Of a stretch of DNA of 64,000 nt, positions 19,931 through 30,228 are shown one piece after another. Under the pieces are notes generated by a model, which was given only the letters and a program-made list of their open reading frames with translations, did not search any database and was not told the origin of the DNA. The stretch lies in contig OZ223510.1 in NCBI GenBank assembly GCA_965140785.1, forward strand, positions 64,001 to 128,000. Direction: 5' to 3'. Position 1 is the stretch's first letter. The number at the start of each line of letters is the position of its first letter. The position numbers and the translations under genes were made by a program. This DNA is from an uncultured Ruficoccus sp. GTDB lineage: Bacteria; Verrucomicrobiota; Verrucomicrobiia; Opitutales; Cerasicoccaceae.

Positions 19931-19945
19931 TTGCTCTATAAGCAA
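19931..19945. promoter_or_regulatory. Candidate operator TTGCTCTATAAGCAA
   Basis: Same TTGCT-N5-AGCAA frame as 5435, upstream of the minus-strand operon 19868->14061. Confidence 0.55.
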
Positions 19946-20267
19946 AAAAGTCAAGTTTTTATACGGCACAAATTCACGGGCACCGGGGTCATACGTGTGC
20001 TGGGGGAGGGCTCTCTATAAACCCGAAAAGTCCTTCCTTTGTTTCCTAAGTACCTGAAGATCAGTGTTACGCTTGTCGAAACTCAACCATGAGGAGACGC
20101 ATGTGTGGCTGGTGACTGCAACGAATCAAGCAGGTGCCCCCGATATATCCCGAGAGCGTGGCATTGCGTGCGCAATGCTGGCCGTTTTACTCCGCTTATC
20201 CACCGGAGACTTTCGTCAATCCCGGTATCAGCAGGACGGGAAGTGATTTGGATGTCAGGAGGCGTCG

Positions 20268-21107
20268 TCAAACGTCGGTTTGGTATCGCAGGCGATAAGA
20301 CTGGGGTGTCATGCCGGTTTTGCGCTTAAAAAAGCGGTGGAAATACTGGGAGCTTGAGAAGCCGCTCCTGTCTGCGATGTACGCGACCTTGTGATAAGTG
20401 AAGCAGAGTAAGTCACGAGCGCGGTTCAAGCGCATCTCGTCCTTGAGTTCGATGAAAGAGCGTCCGGTGACTTCTTTTATGATATGCGCAACCCGGGTGG
20501 CGGAAAGCCCCATGTGGCGGGCTAGCTCGGACAGGCCAGGGTTTTTATGCAGGTTTGTTTGCAAGTAGGCGTGTATGATTTCGGCGCGATAGGTGTCCGG
20601 GAACGCGCCAGCAAAGCGCGGTTTGGCCAGTTTGTCGGTCAAATAGGCCATAAGCATCTGAGCCAGCCCTGTCAGGCGACTTAAGTCGGAGGATGTCAGC
20701 AGCGGCAATGAGTCGGCTTGCGCTTTGGTGGTGCGAAACTGACCCACATACCCCACGCCTATCAGGGTTTCTTCCTGGAGTAGGGGGATGATGATCTCGT
20801 CGGCCCCGGCGTGACAGGTATGTGCAAATAGTTTCCTTTCCCGCTCGCAGCGAGCCGGCAACTGGCGTAAATCGCACGCTTTGCATTGTTCGTTGCGGGT
20901 GCGTTTGACCTCCAGGCAAAAAGCCGATGTATGCAGCATATGGCGCCCCAATACCCCGGAGAATGCAGTATCGTAGCGCAAACCCTGGTCGAAGACCTTC
21001 ACGCACACACGCATACCCGTTGCCTGCTGAAAGGCTTCAATGGCAAATTGGAATTCATCCGACTCCGTCGTGGGCTTGTTCCGCGAATGAGCGCGTTTTG
21101 ATGTCAT
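20268..21107 (-). CDS. AraC-family regulator with PocR-like sensor domain
   Basis: FC..VK...C..CD...TCHAG sensor motif; C-terminal double HTH (IADRSGFSSSQYFHRFFKRKTGMTPQSYR). Confidence 0.92.
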   Translation of the reverse strand: MTSKRAHSRNKPTTESDEFQFAIEAFQQATGMRVCVKVFDQGLRYDTAFSGVLGRHMLHTSAFCLEVKRTRNEQCKACDLRQLPARCERERKLFAHTCHAGADEIIIPLLQEETLIGVGYVGQFRTTKAQADSLPLLTSSDLSRLTGLAQMLMAYLTDKLAKPRFAGAFPDTYRAEIIHAYLQTNLHKNPGLSELARHMGLSATRVAHIIKEVTGRSFIELKDEMRLNRARDLLCFTYHKVAYIADRSGFSSSQYFHRFFKRKTGMTPQSYRLRYQTDV

Positions 21108-21192
21108 AAGCGTGTGTATTTAGCCGATTATTGCACAATTATAGCCTTTTCGACCACTAGAAAGTGTTATCGGAAAGATTTATACTGATCCC

Positions 21193-24054
21193 ATGACAGC
21201 GCCTAACCCGACCGAAACCCCGTTCGTATCCATTTTCGAAACCGCTTACGACAGCATTGTTTGCGGTGGAGGCTTCATTGGCTTTGCCGCCGCCGAGAGC
21301 TTGGCTGCAAAGGGGAAGCGTGTGCTTCTGGTTGAAGCTTCTGGTGACCTCTTATGGGAGTCCACCCGGGCGCTGGAAAATCCAGTCAGCGGTTCGCAGC
21401 CCTCAAAATCATGGGAGACATGGCTTCAGCCCTTACGTGAACGGCGGGGCGCGGACGAAGACTGGTTTGATCCGGCCTTGGCGGAAATCCTGACGGCAAA
21501 GTCGCTGCAGGCGTCCGATGCTCCTTTTCAAGTTCTGCTCTATGCGGCCCCTGTCGCTGTGGAACAGCTAGATGGTGGCCTAGCGCGTCTCACGGTCGCG
21601 ACTAAGGCCGGCCCCCGCGCTCTGCGGGCAGCGCACTGGGTCGATGCTACGGAGGAGGGTGTCCTTGCCCGGCTTTGCGATCCGCAGCTTTCGGTCCGCA
21701 AGCCTCAGCATTCTTTCCGAAATCTCGTCTTGGAAGGGGTGCAGCCTGAGTCTTTTGCTTCCGTCTGGGACGCGCTGGTCTCCCGACATCCAGGCCTGGA
21801 GTATTTCCGGTCGCATCGTTCGGAGGAATGCCGCCTGCGCTGGACGGAGACGGTGGGCCCCTGGTATCGCAAGGCATTGGCCGTCGTTCAGGATATGCGG
21901 GAGCTTATCTCCGGCGGACCGGGAGCGGACTTTTGCGTCAGCCACTGCGCGATGCACGTGTTTTCCACTTATGGGGAGACCGAAGACGCCTGCCCCTCCA
22001 GCTCGCTGCCGGGTAATCTCCATCTCCTGAGTCCGGTGTTGGTGGGGCAGTCGCTTCAATCGCCCGCGGATCGTTACACACTGGGGGCATCCATCTCCGA
22101 CCAGATAAACGCATCTGCCGGGGAAGCACTCACGGACGAACCAGCCGTGCCGGTGGCTGAGTGGCCGGAAGCCCTCGATATCGGTGAGGCATATGATGTT
22201 GTTGTTGCCGGGGTAGGGACGGCTGGTGCTTTGGCCGCCCTGGCGGCTGGTCGGCAGGGGGCGCGCACGCTGGCCTTTGACCACAGCACGTACCCCGGAG
22301 GAGTCGGAACCGGGGGCGGCATCAACGGGTACTTCCACGGTGTGTCCGGGGGATTGCAGGATGAGGTAGACCAGCGAACCAGAGAGATCAGCCAGTGTTT
22401 TACCGGTCGGCCTTCGGGTCTCAACGGCTGGCACCATGAGGCTAAGAAGATCGCCCTGCTCGAAATGTTTGAGAGCGCCGGCGTCGATTTTCGCGGAGAT
22501 GTTTGGCTGGGAGATGTCGAACGTGATTCGTCGGGGTGGGTGAGTGCTGTTTACACTGTCCTCAACGGGCGTTGGATACGTATTCCTGGATGCGGCTTTG
22601 TCGATGGAACCGGTGATGGTGATCTCTGTGTCCGGGCCGGAGCAGCTTTTGTTTGTGGACGGGAGGGAGATGGGCGCACATTGGCGTACAGCCAGTCAGC
22701 CTTTTCCCTGGCCGGAAATGCGGATGGGCCGGTCGTTCGCTCTTGCAACTTCGACGCGGGTTGGGTGGATCCGACGGACCCAGAGGATCTGACGCGTGCG
22801 CGACTCCAGGGCATCGCCCAACATCTGCACACGCAAGCGACCCGGGAGGGCAATTGCCTGAGCCTTTCCCCCTTGATCGGCTTGCGTCAATCGCGCCAGA
22901 TCCAGACCTCTCGTGTATTGGCTTTTGACGACATTGTCGAGGGCCGCAGGTTTGCTGATGCCATCGGCGTGACCAAGGGAGTCGCCGATACCCACTCCGT
23001 GGATTTCGAATTTGAAAGCGATGGACTGGCATTCTACTATTGGACGTGTCGCGGATTCCGGGTAACGCTCAAGTGTGACTTGCCGTATGGCATGCTGCTT
23101 CCGGAAGGCCTCCAAAACGTATGGGTTCCCTGCCGGGCCGCCGGGCTGGAGGTCAGCGCCGCCTATGGCATGCGCATGCAGCGCGATATGCAACGACTGG
23201 GGGAGGCTGCCGGCGTTGCTGCCGCCCTTGCCTCCACTACGCATGCCGGCTCCCGTGAAATCGATCTTGCCACGCTACAAGCGGCATTGCGGAAAAGCGG
23301 CGCACTTTCGGACACGCCGGAAGCTTCGGAATCAACCGCCGATGCCAATGATTGGCTGGAGGCGCTGGATGAAGGCAAGCCGGGCATACACCTGTGGCAC
23401 CTGAGCCGGGACAGCGCGGCCTATCGTGAGGCTGTCCTTAAGCGCCTGAACGCGCCAACGCCGAACACTTCCTTCTATGCCGCCGCTATTCTCGCGCAAT
23501 GGGGAGATTTTCGGGCCGAGCCGCGTCTCATCCGGGCGGTCAATGAGCGTGAGAGGGGGCCCAGCCCGAAGGACTATCCGGTGTCTGGCGCTCACGGTCA
23601 GTGCATTGACATACCCTTCTGGTTGCAGGCGGTTGTCCTGTTGCGTCAGGTCGGTGGGGATGAATGCCTGGATGCTTTGCACGCGTTGGCCGCAGAAGCG
23701 GCCCTGCCTTATAACGTCAAGACCACGCTGGCCATGACGCTGGAGCGCCTGGCTGTAAGCACGCGTAAGCACGAAGCGTTTCAGCCAATGCTGGAGCTAC
23801 TCGAACGGCACCTCGGAGACAGTGTTCTGCCACCTTCTTTTTCTCTTTGGCACATCCTTTACGGGGAACCGCAGAAAAAACTCAAGAGCGACTACGGAAC
23901 GGATACTGCGCAGGATCAGCGGTGGCAGTTGGAGTTGGTTTTAACACGGGTTCGCCGGAGGCTGGGGATTCCTGTGCACGCCAGCTCGTCTCAAAAATAC
24001 TCTCAGGACCAGCGGGCGCTTGTTCGTGAAGCCTTCTCTGCAGCACAGTCATAA
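21193..24054 (+). CDS. FAD-dependent oxidoreductase with tandem Rossmann domains
   Basis: YDSIVCGGGFIG...DATEEG and YDVVVAGVGTAG...DGTGDGD, RQSRQI, LPYGMLLP, GEAAGVAAALA; HEAT-like helical tail. Confidence 0.85.
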   Translation: MTAPNPTETPFVSIFETAYDSIVCGGGFIGFAAAESLAAKGKRVLLVEASGDLLWESTRALENPVSGSQPSKSWETWLQPLRERRGADEDWFDPALAEILTAKSLQASDAPFQVLLYAAPVAVEQLDGGLARLTVATKAGPRALRAAHWVDATEEGVLARLCDPQLSVRKPQHSFRNLVLEGVQPESFASVWDALVSRHPGLEYFRSHRSEECRLRWTETVGPWYRKALAVVQDMRELISGGPGADFCVSHCAMHVFSTYGETEDACPSSSLPGNLHLLSPVLVGQSLQSPADRYTLGASISDQINASAGEALTDEPAVPVAEWPEALDIGEAYDVVVAGVGTAGALAALAAGRQGARTLAFDHSTYPGGVGTGGGINGYFHGVSGGLQDEVDQRTREISQCFTGRPSGLNGWHHEAKKIALLEMFESAGVDFRGDVWLGDVERDSSGWVSAVYTVLNGRWIRIPGCGFVDGTGDGDLCVRAGAAFVCGREGDGRTLAYSQSAFSLAGNADGPVVRSCNFDAGWVDPTDPEDLTRARLQGIAQHLHTQATREGNCLSLSPLIGLRQSRQIQTSRVLAFDDIVEGRRFADAIGVTKGVADTHSVDFEFESDGLAFYYWTCRGFRVTLKCDLPYGMLLPEGLQNVWVPCRAAGLEVSAAYGMRMQRDMQRLGEAAGVAAALASTTHAGSREIDLATLQAALRKSGALSDTPEASESTADANDWLEALDEGKPGIHLWHLSRDSAAYREAVLKRLNAPTPNTSFYAAAILAQWGDFRAEPRLIRAVNERERGPSPKDYPVSGAHGQCIDIPFWLQAVVLLRQVGGDECLDALHALAAEAALPYNVKTTLAMTLERLAVSTRKHEAFQPMLELLERHLGDSVLPPSFSLWHILYGEPQKKLKSDYGTDTAQDQRWQLELVLTRVRRRLGIPVHASSSQKYSQDQRALVREAFSAAQS

Positions 24055-24082
24055 CCCCCCCCTAAAAGCACGGGCTCGTACC

Positions 24083-25408
24083 ATGAATCTTTTTCTGGAC
24101 CGTCATTTTCCTCGTTACGCTGCCGAGCCTTTGTTGGTTCCTGCCTGGTGCCTGACGCCCGAAAGTGGGCACTGTACGCACCGCTTCTTTGATACATCCG
24201 CCATCAGTCCTTCCGGACGGTATGTGGCTGTCCTCCGGTTGCCCTTTGAAGATCGCCTTCCTTGCCCCGGTGATGTCGCCCACATCCTACTCATCGATCT
24301 GAAAACGGGTAAGGAGAGCACGGTGGCGGACACCCGTGGTTGGGAGCATCAACTCGGAGCGAACCTTAACTGGGGTGGTTCCGATCACGAGCTGTTCTTT
24401 AACGATGTGGATACCGCTATCTGGACACCTTTTGCCTGGAAACTTGATCCGCTTACCGGACGCAAACAGCGCATGGCGGGCACCGTCTATCACGCCTCCC
24501 GAGACGGACGCTGGCTTATCTCGGCCAATCTGGTCACCACCCGCAAAACTCAGCGTGGCTACGGAGTCTGTATCCCCGACGGTGAGCTGCCGCCCCGGCG
24601 CATCGGTCCCTGCGAAGGCGATGGGTTCTGGATGACTGACACACGCACCGGAGCGAAACACCTTCTCATCTCCCTGCGTACGATCTTTGACCGCCTGGGA
24701 GCGGAACTGTCCAAGACCGGCGTCGATGCCGAGCGCAGCGAAATTATCGGATTCCATTCCAAATTCAATCCCCAGGGAGACGCTCTCATGTTGAGCCTGC
24801 GCTGGTTTCCTGCGGGTGAGGAAGCGGGATGGGACATGTTTATCAAGAACTATGCGGCGATTCAATTCGCCTGGGTCACGGTGCGTATTGATCCGGAAAC
24901 CGGCGAGGCGGACCTTTCTACGCTTCATTGCGCGACCGGTCCTGATCTCTGGAAGAATCCGGGGCATCACGCCACGTGGTTTCCCGACGGGCGTCGCCTA
25001 TCACAGAACCTGGCTATTCGCGGCGCGGATGACGGTTTGCGTTTTGTGCAGGTTGATGAGGATGGCTCCGGTTTGGGCATTATTCCCGGGACGGAAAAAC
25101 TGGCTGGTTCGGGACATCCGACCCTGCACCCGGACGGCTGCCATCTTCTCACGGATACCTATCCCAATGAGCCCGTTGCATATGGGGACGGTACGGTTCC
25201 CCTGCGCTGGATCGATCTGCGCACCGGGGAGGAAAAGCACATCGCTCGCGTTAATGCCCGTAACCCGGCCGCTGCCACGCACACGTCTCTGCGTTGCGAC
25301 CCTCATCCCGCCTGGGACCGTACGCATCGCTATATCGTCTTCAACGGAATGGAGGGAGACGTGCGGAGGGTTTATCTCGCGGATATGGCAGCTCTCCTGG
25401 ATGCTTGA
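24083..25408 (+). CDS. TolB/oligogalacturonate-lyase-like beta-propeller protein
   Basis: FFDTSAISPSGR, GW..QLGA...W, HSKFNPQG, HATWFPDG, HPT.HPDG..L.TDTYP, RCDPHPAW. Start placed at ATG 24083. Confidence 0.7.
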   Translation: MNLFLDRHFPRYAAEPLLVPAWCLTPESGHCTHRFFDTSAISPSGRYVAVLRLPFEDRLPCPGDVAHILLIDLKTGKESTVADTRGWEHQLGANLNWGGSDHELFFNDVDTAIWTPFAWKLDPLTGRKQRMAGTVYHASRDGRWLISANLVTTRKTQRGYGVCIPDGELPPRRIGPCEGDGFWMTDTRTGAKHLLISLRTIFDRLGAELSKTGVDAERSEIIGFHSKFNPQGDALMLSLRWFPAGEEAGWDMFIKNYAAIQFAWVTVRIDPETGEADLSTLHCATGPDLWKNPGHHATWFPDGRRLSQNLAIRGADDGLRFVQVDEDGSGLGIIPGTEKLAGSGHPTLHPDGCHLLTDTYPNEPVAYGDGTVPLRWIDLRTGEEKHIARVNARNPAAATHTSLRCDPHPAWDRTHRYIVFNGMEGDVRRVYLADMAALLDA

Positions 25409-25590
25409 TCCTACGCAGGCTCGCAAACGAGCCAGGATCAAGCCTGCCCGTTTTTGTAATCGCTTGCGAGCCCGCTTGATAAAAGCGAAAGAGCTCTACA
25501 ACTCACCTCTGCGGGTTTCGAGTTGCTGACGAATCCCCCGCTTTTTCCAGCGTCAAATTGTTAGTGGTAATGAAGTGCGCATTCCGAACC

Positions 25591-26679
25591 TTATTGCCGG
25601 GGAGCGGCGCACGAATTGCGCTCTATGACTTTGACAGGTAGCGTGGTAATGCTCGTCTCCGCGCTGACTTCACCTGTGGTGATTTGCCGATCGATTGTCT
25701 TGATGGCCGTTTGTCCCATCTCACAGAGCGGGAAATGGACGGTACTCAAAGTCGGGTGGTGGGTGGTGGCGCAAGGCTCGTCATTACACCCCATGATCGA
25801 AACATCCTTCGGTATGTTGAGGCCCTGTGTTTGCAGATACCCGGAAATTACTGTCGCCGCAGGATCGTGGAAGCAGAGAATCGCGGTGGGCGGCTTGGGA
25901 AGATTCATCAAATGATCGGCCACGGTGGTGAGGCTTTCACGCGAGAATTCCCCCTGGTGAGACTCACAGTGGCAGATGTACTCCGTGCGCATGGGCAGGT
26001 TGCATTCCTGCATCCCCATGGCGAACCCACGCTCCATTTGTGCCATGTTGTAGAGCCCTTCGCCGAGTGGTCCGGTGATGTAGGCGATACGCTCGTGGCC
26101 GAGGCTATTGAGGTAATGGACGGATTGCCGGGTCGCATCAATATAGTCGGGAATGATGCAGTGTGCGCCCGGTATATCAATAACGTGACCAAGATAGATG
26201 AAGGGGAGGCCGGCGTTGATGGCGTACCGTACCAAGCTTGCATTGGGGGCGCTCGCGGCGATGAAGCGCGTGCAGGACCCGTCGGTCATCGGCTTGGGGA
26301 GCTTCTCGGGTTCTTGGGTGTAGTCTGTGCGAGGGGAAAAGAGCGCATATACGACCGACTGATTCTGATGATTGAGGGTCGTGATGATCCCGCTGAGCAT
26401 TTTGCCGAAGTATTCGTGCTGCGTCCCTTGAGGGACGTCGCTGTTGAGCAGGAAGCAGATGTTGCCTTGCTCCGGGTAAAGGCGGCGCATGGCGTATTCG
26501 CTCTTCGGCTGATAATTAAGACGGCGACAGGCTTCGATGATGCGTGCCTGGGTGTCTGCTCCTACCCGGATGCCATATTCCCTGTTATTCAGGAAGGAGG
26601 ATATCGCGCTGACCGAGACATTCGCTTCCCTGGAAATTTGGGACATGGTGATCTTGATAGCGGGTGATTTAGGTGGCAT
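25591..26679 (-). CDS. LacI-family regulator
   Basis: ITMSQISREANVSVSAISSFLN HTH; IPKDVSIMGCND, PTLSTV. Confidence 0.95.
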   Translation of the reverse strand: MPPKSPAIKITMSQISREANVSVSAISSFLNNREYGIRVGADTQARIIEACRRLNYQPKSEYAMRRLYPEQGNICFLLNSDVPQGTQHEYFGKMLSGIITTLNHQNQSVVYALFSPRTDYTQEPEKLPKPMTDGSCTRFIAASAPNASLVRYAINAGLPFIYLGHVIDIPGAHCIIPDYIDATRQSVHYLNSLGHERIAYITGPLGEGLYNMAQMERGFAMGMQECNLPMRTEYICHCESHQGEFSRESLTTVADHLMNLPKPPTAILCFHDPAATVISGYLQTQGLNIPKDVSIMGCNDEPCATTHHPTLSTVHFPLCEMGQTAIKTIDRQITTGEVSAETSITTLPVKVIERNSCAAPRQ

Positions 26680-26862
26680 GATAAAAATATTACTTAAAGT
26701 ATCGGTGATTTATCGCTTTAATAATCTACGCTTTATCTGTTTGGTATAAAAATCATATGATAAAACTTGTGTAAATGATAAAATTTTTATTTTCACCTTG
26801 ACTCTTTCCTTTCTTTGAGGGATTGATGGGGGCACGTTGCTAATCCTCAACTCAAGGAAGAT

Positions 26863-27636
26863 ATGAAAACCTCTCGTTTGTTTTTGCGCCCGGCCATGTT
26901 TGGCTTGGGCATGCTTACCGCCGCAGCCTCAATGTCACTCGCACAGACGACTGTCTATGAGTTCGATACTCCCAGCGCGGATACCTACGTTTTAAATTCC
27001 ACGCCCAATGAGAACTATGGCACGTCTGAAAGCATGTGGGTGCGTCATAGTGACAGTACCAACTATTCACGTTTGTCCTACGTAAAGTTTGCGTTGACCG
27101 GAGAGGGTATCTTGTCGAACCAGGTGCAGGACGCAGAGATTACGTTTACGCTGATAGGCATGAATAGCTCCCGTACCACGAGTACGATGCAGGTTTATGG
27201 CTTGAGTCAGGAGTATCAGTCGGGCTTAGGGCAGGACTGGGGCGAGACGGATCTGACTGCGGCAAATGCCCCCTGGAATCCGGTCGATTCGAGCCCGCCG
27301 AGCTATGCGGTGTTGCTGGGCGAATTCTCCGTCCCTGATACGGCGGCGCCTGGTACAGCGTACACGCTTTCAGGGCAGGACTTGGCCGATTTTCTTAACG
27401 ATTCGATTGCGTCACTGACTACGGAGAGTCCTTATGTGACTTTCATGCTTTTTGAAAAAGAAGTGAATCAGCCGTCCTACTGGGCGACGAAGGAGAACAC
27501 GGACGGCTATAACCCGACTTCCCTGACGATCACCTCGAGCATCCCTGAGCCCGGCACAATGGCACTGCTGTTGGGTGCCGGTGTCTTCAGCGTTGCGCTG
27601 TTGATCAAGCGCCGTCGCAACACCTGCCAACGCTAA
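26863..27636 (+). CDS. PEP-CTERM protein with DNRLRE-like domain
   Basis: Signal peptide; ADTYV...NYG...R.SYVKF, W.E..LT..NAP; C-terminal IPEPGTMALLLGAGVFSVALLIKRRR. Confidence 0.9.
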   Translation: MKTSRLFLRPAMFGLGMLTAAASMSLAQTTVYEFDTPSADTYVLNSTPNENYGTSESMWVRHSDSTNYSRLSYVKFALTGEGILSNQVQDAEITFTLIGMNSSRTTSTMQVYGLSQEYQSGLGQDWGETDLTAANAPWNPVDSSPPSYAVLLGEFSVPDTAAPGTAYTLSGQDLADFLNDSIASLTTESPYVTFMLFEKEVNQPSYWATKENTDGYNPTSLTITSSIPEPGTMALLLGAGVFSVALLIKRRRNTCQR

Positions 27637-27646
27637 TCACTGGCTG

Positions 27647-28294
27647 ATGTTACAGATGAAAGTATTGACTCTCGTTGTCGGATTTCTCGCCGTGGCTTGC
27701 CCCAGTATATGGGCGAAAGACGAATTGGTGATTTCTCCCTCTGCCGATTCCTATGTGTTAGGTGGAAAATCATCGACGGAGAACTACGGAAGCGACCACA
27801 CCTTCCTGGTGCGGCATTCCTCAAATGCTGCTTATAATCGCATTGGGTATGTACAGTTTCCCATTGGAGAGATCGGGGATGGGCAGAAGCTTGCCTCGGC
27901 AAGCCTGATCCTGAGGCTGGCATCGGTCTTCCGCGGGCGGGATACGGACGCCACTGTTCAAGTCTATGGCCTGGCCGCTATCGATTGGGAGGAGAGTCGG
28001 CTCACCGATGACAATGCCCCGGTAGCTGCAAAAATGTCCGAATCGATTCCGACTTCCGCCGCCACCTTGTTGGGGGACTTTACGGTTCCCTCTGCCGCCC
28101 AGGCTAGCCCGGGCCTGGAGTTTTCCGTCTCGGGGAAGTCCGTGGTCGATTATATTGATCAGGCTCGGAGTCAGGGCGCAAGGTTTGTGACTTTTTTAAT
28201 CGTTGAAAAGGATGTGACCGCGAATTCAGTGGCTTTCATTGCCAGGGAAAACCCCAGCTTTCAGGCCAGTACGCTTGAGCTAACCCTTCAGTAG
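27647..28294 (+). CDS. Secreted DNRLRE-like protein (unanchored paralog of 26863)
   Basis: Signal peptide; SADSYV...ENYG...VRHS...RIGYVQF, WEESRLTDDNAP, AREN. Confidence 0.78.
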   Translation: MLQMKVLTLVVGFLAVACPSIWAKDELVISPSADSYVLGGKSSTENYGSDHTFLVRHSSNAAYNRIGYVQFPIGEIGDGQKLASASLILRLASVFRGRDTDATVQVYGLAAIDWEESRLTDDNAPVAAKMSESIPTSAATLLGDFTVPSAAQASPGLEFSVSGKSVVDYIDQARSQGARFVTFLIVEKDVTANSVAFIARENPSFQASTLELTLQ

Positions 28295-28362
28295 GGGAGA
28301 CCGTTCCTCGCGGCTGGTCCGTCTTTTTTTTCACAGGTGCGGAATCTCGAAGCTGCACTGAC

Positions 28363-30207
28363 TTGAATCTTATGTACCCTTATATGTCTTTATCAAGCTG
28401 CATGCCTGCGCGTCTTTGGCGCAGCGCTGGACTCACGCTCCTGGCTGGTGCTTGCGCGCTGGGCGTTGCTGCCGAGGATGTCTCGACGGCAGACATACAC
28501 CTCACGTCTACGGCTGGTCGCGTTCAGGGGTTTGATACGATACAGGCGGCCGTGGATGTGGCTGGCCCGGGAGACGTGATCGAGGTGGGAGCTGGCACTT
28601 ACCACGAGTCTGTTCAGTTTTCGCGTTCCGGTACGTCGGATCAGCCCATTACCTTGAAGGGCAAGGACGGCGCCCATGTTGTCATCGATGGTGCGTATCG
28701 ATCCTTGCAGGAAATAGATGAGCCAGTGTGGCAGTCGTGGGAATTTGAAGGAAAGAAAATGTATAAGGCGGTTTTGCCCTTTACGGGAGAGCCTTCCATC
28801 CTGGCCATTGGGACATGGATCTCACGCTATGGGGTCCCTGGCTCGAACGGTTGTGATCAACTGATCGCAAGCTATGCCAGCCTGGCTGCCTTGAAGGATG
28901 CGGTTCGTGGTCCGGGGAGTTTTCGGCGGGGCAGTGAAGTTTTTCTTTGTTTGGATGAAAATGAGAATCCCAATGAGATTCCACTCAGTATCGGCAGTTG
29001 CGTTGCGGTTTTGGACTTGGGTAGCCAGAGTGGTATCCATATCCAAAACCTGGAGATTCGTAATGCCGGTTGGGCCGGTATCCGATTGGGTGATTCTGGC
29101 GCTCAGGAAGTGATGGGGATGGAAGAGCTTGACCTTGCCGATTTGAATGACGGCGTGGACTATTCCGACGTAGAGATCAGCAACGTGACGATCCGCAATT
29201 GCTTCCGGGGAATTTCCACCGGGAGGCTCAAGGGCGAGCATGTGACGATTGAAGGAGTCGTTGTCGCCAATGGAGTACAGGACGACATCTGGCCCTGGGG
29301 CGGGGCCTATACTGCGGGGGTGGGGCGTGCGGCAGGAAATAATTCCGACGACTTGGCTCCTTGGCGCGGTTTTGGCATTCGCCTGACGAACCTCAGTTAC
29401 AGCGAGGTTAAGGATAGCGTGGTCAGCGGCCAGTGGGATGGGATGGGGCTCAAGAAATGCCACTACGTGCAAGTTCACAATTGCACGCTACGGAATTTGA
29501 TGGACGATGCCGTCGAGCTCGAGTCGCTCGATCAGAGTGAAATACAATTCAATAATAACCTTTTGTATAATGTGTTTGCGGGCGTAAGCGTAACGGCAAA
29601 CACACCGGGGCCCATTTATGTTTACCGAAATGTCGCGGAGGTAACTCATCCCGGCGGCCGGTCATTCGTGGCTTCGTACGGTGTTAAGAGCGGCTTGGAT
29701 AACTATGGGAAGGCCGATAACGTTAAAATCTACCAGAACACTTTCTACACGCACAGCTACTCGGTTTGGGAGAAATACGGGGACCCTGCCGAGAACAGAT
29801 GGAACGGGTATGATTTTATCAACAATATATTCTATGTGTATGGGGAAGGTCGGGGGAATTATAATTTCAGAGGCCTGAGCAAGGAGGAAAGTGGCGCTGA
29901 AAATCATTGGGCGGGGAATGTTTACAACCGTGACAAACCTGAGGATGAACAGCTATCCATCACCGATGAAAATCTGGCGACATATTTCATGGATACTGAT
30001 GTTTCGGGACCGGGAGAGGCCAGAGATCTTCGCCTTCAGCCTGACTTGATATCCTGGCCGTCGGGGAGCACTTACGCGATTGATGAGGGATGGCCGGACG
30101 ACAGCGTCTCGGACTCCGACTACATAGAAAGAGGGGCTTGGCGGCCGGACATGGACGCCGGGAAAATTGGGGCACCCGAATCCGTGCTTAAGCGGGTTAA
30201 CCCCTGA
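28363..30207 (+). CDS. Secreted right-handed beta-helix protein (pectate-lyase-like fold); start uncertain
   Basis: TIQAAVDVAGPGDVIEVGAGTYHE, PITLKG, DDAVELE, GPIYVYRN, KIYQNTF. Confidence 0.8.
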   Translation: MNLMYPYMSLSSCMPARLWRSAGLTLLAGACALGVAAEDVSTADIHLTSTAGRVQGFDTIQAAVDVAGPGDVIEVGAGTYHESVQFSRSGTSDQPITLKGKDGAHVVIDGAYRSLQEIDEPVWQSWEFEGKKMYKAVLPFTGEPSILAIGTWISRYGVPGSNGCDQLIASYASLAALKDAVRGPGSFRRGSEVFLCLDENENPNEIPLSIGSCVAVLDLGSQSGIHIQNLEIRNAGWAGIRLGDSGAQEVMGMEELDLADLNDGVDYSDVEISNVTIRNCFRGISTGRLKGEHVTIEGVVVANGVQDDIWPWGGAYTAGVGRAAGNNSDDLAPWRGFGIRLTNLSYSEVKDSVVSGQWDGMGLKKCHYVQVHNCTLRNLMDDAVELESLDQSEIQFNNNLLYNVFAGVSVTANTPGPIYVYRNVAEVTHPGGRSFVASYGVKSGLDNYGKADNVKIYQNTFYTHSYSVWEKYGDPAENRWNGYDFINNIFYVYGEGRGNYNFRGLSKEESGAENHWAGNVYNRDKPEDEQLSITDENLATYFMDTDVSGPGEARDLRLQPDLISWPSGSTYAIDEGWPDDSVSDSDYIERGAWRPDMDAGKIGAPESVLKRVNP

Positions 30208-30228
30208 ATATGAGATTTTAACAACAGC

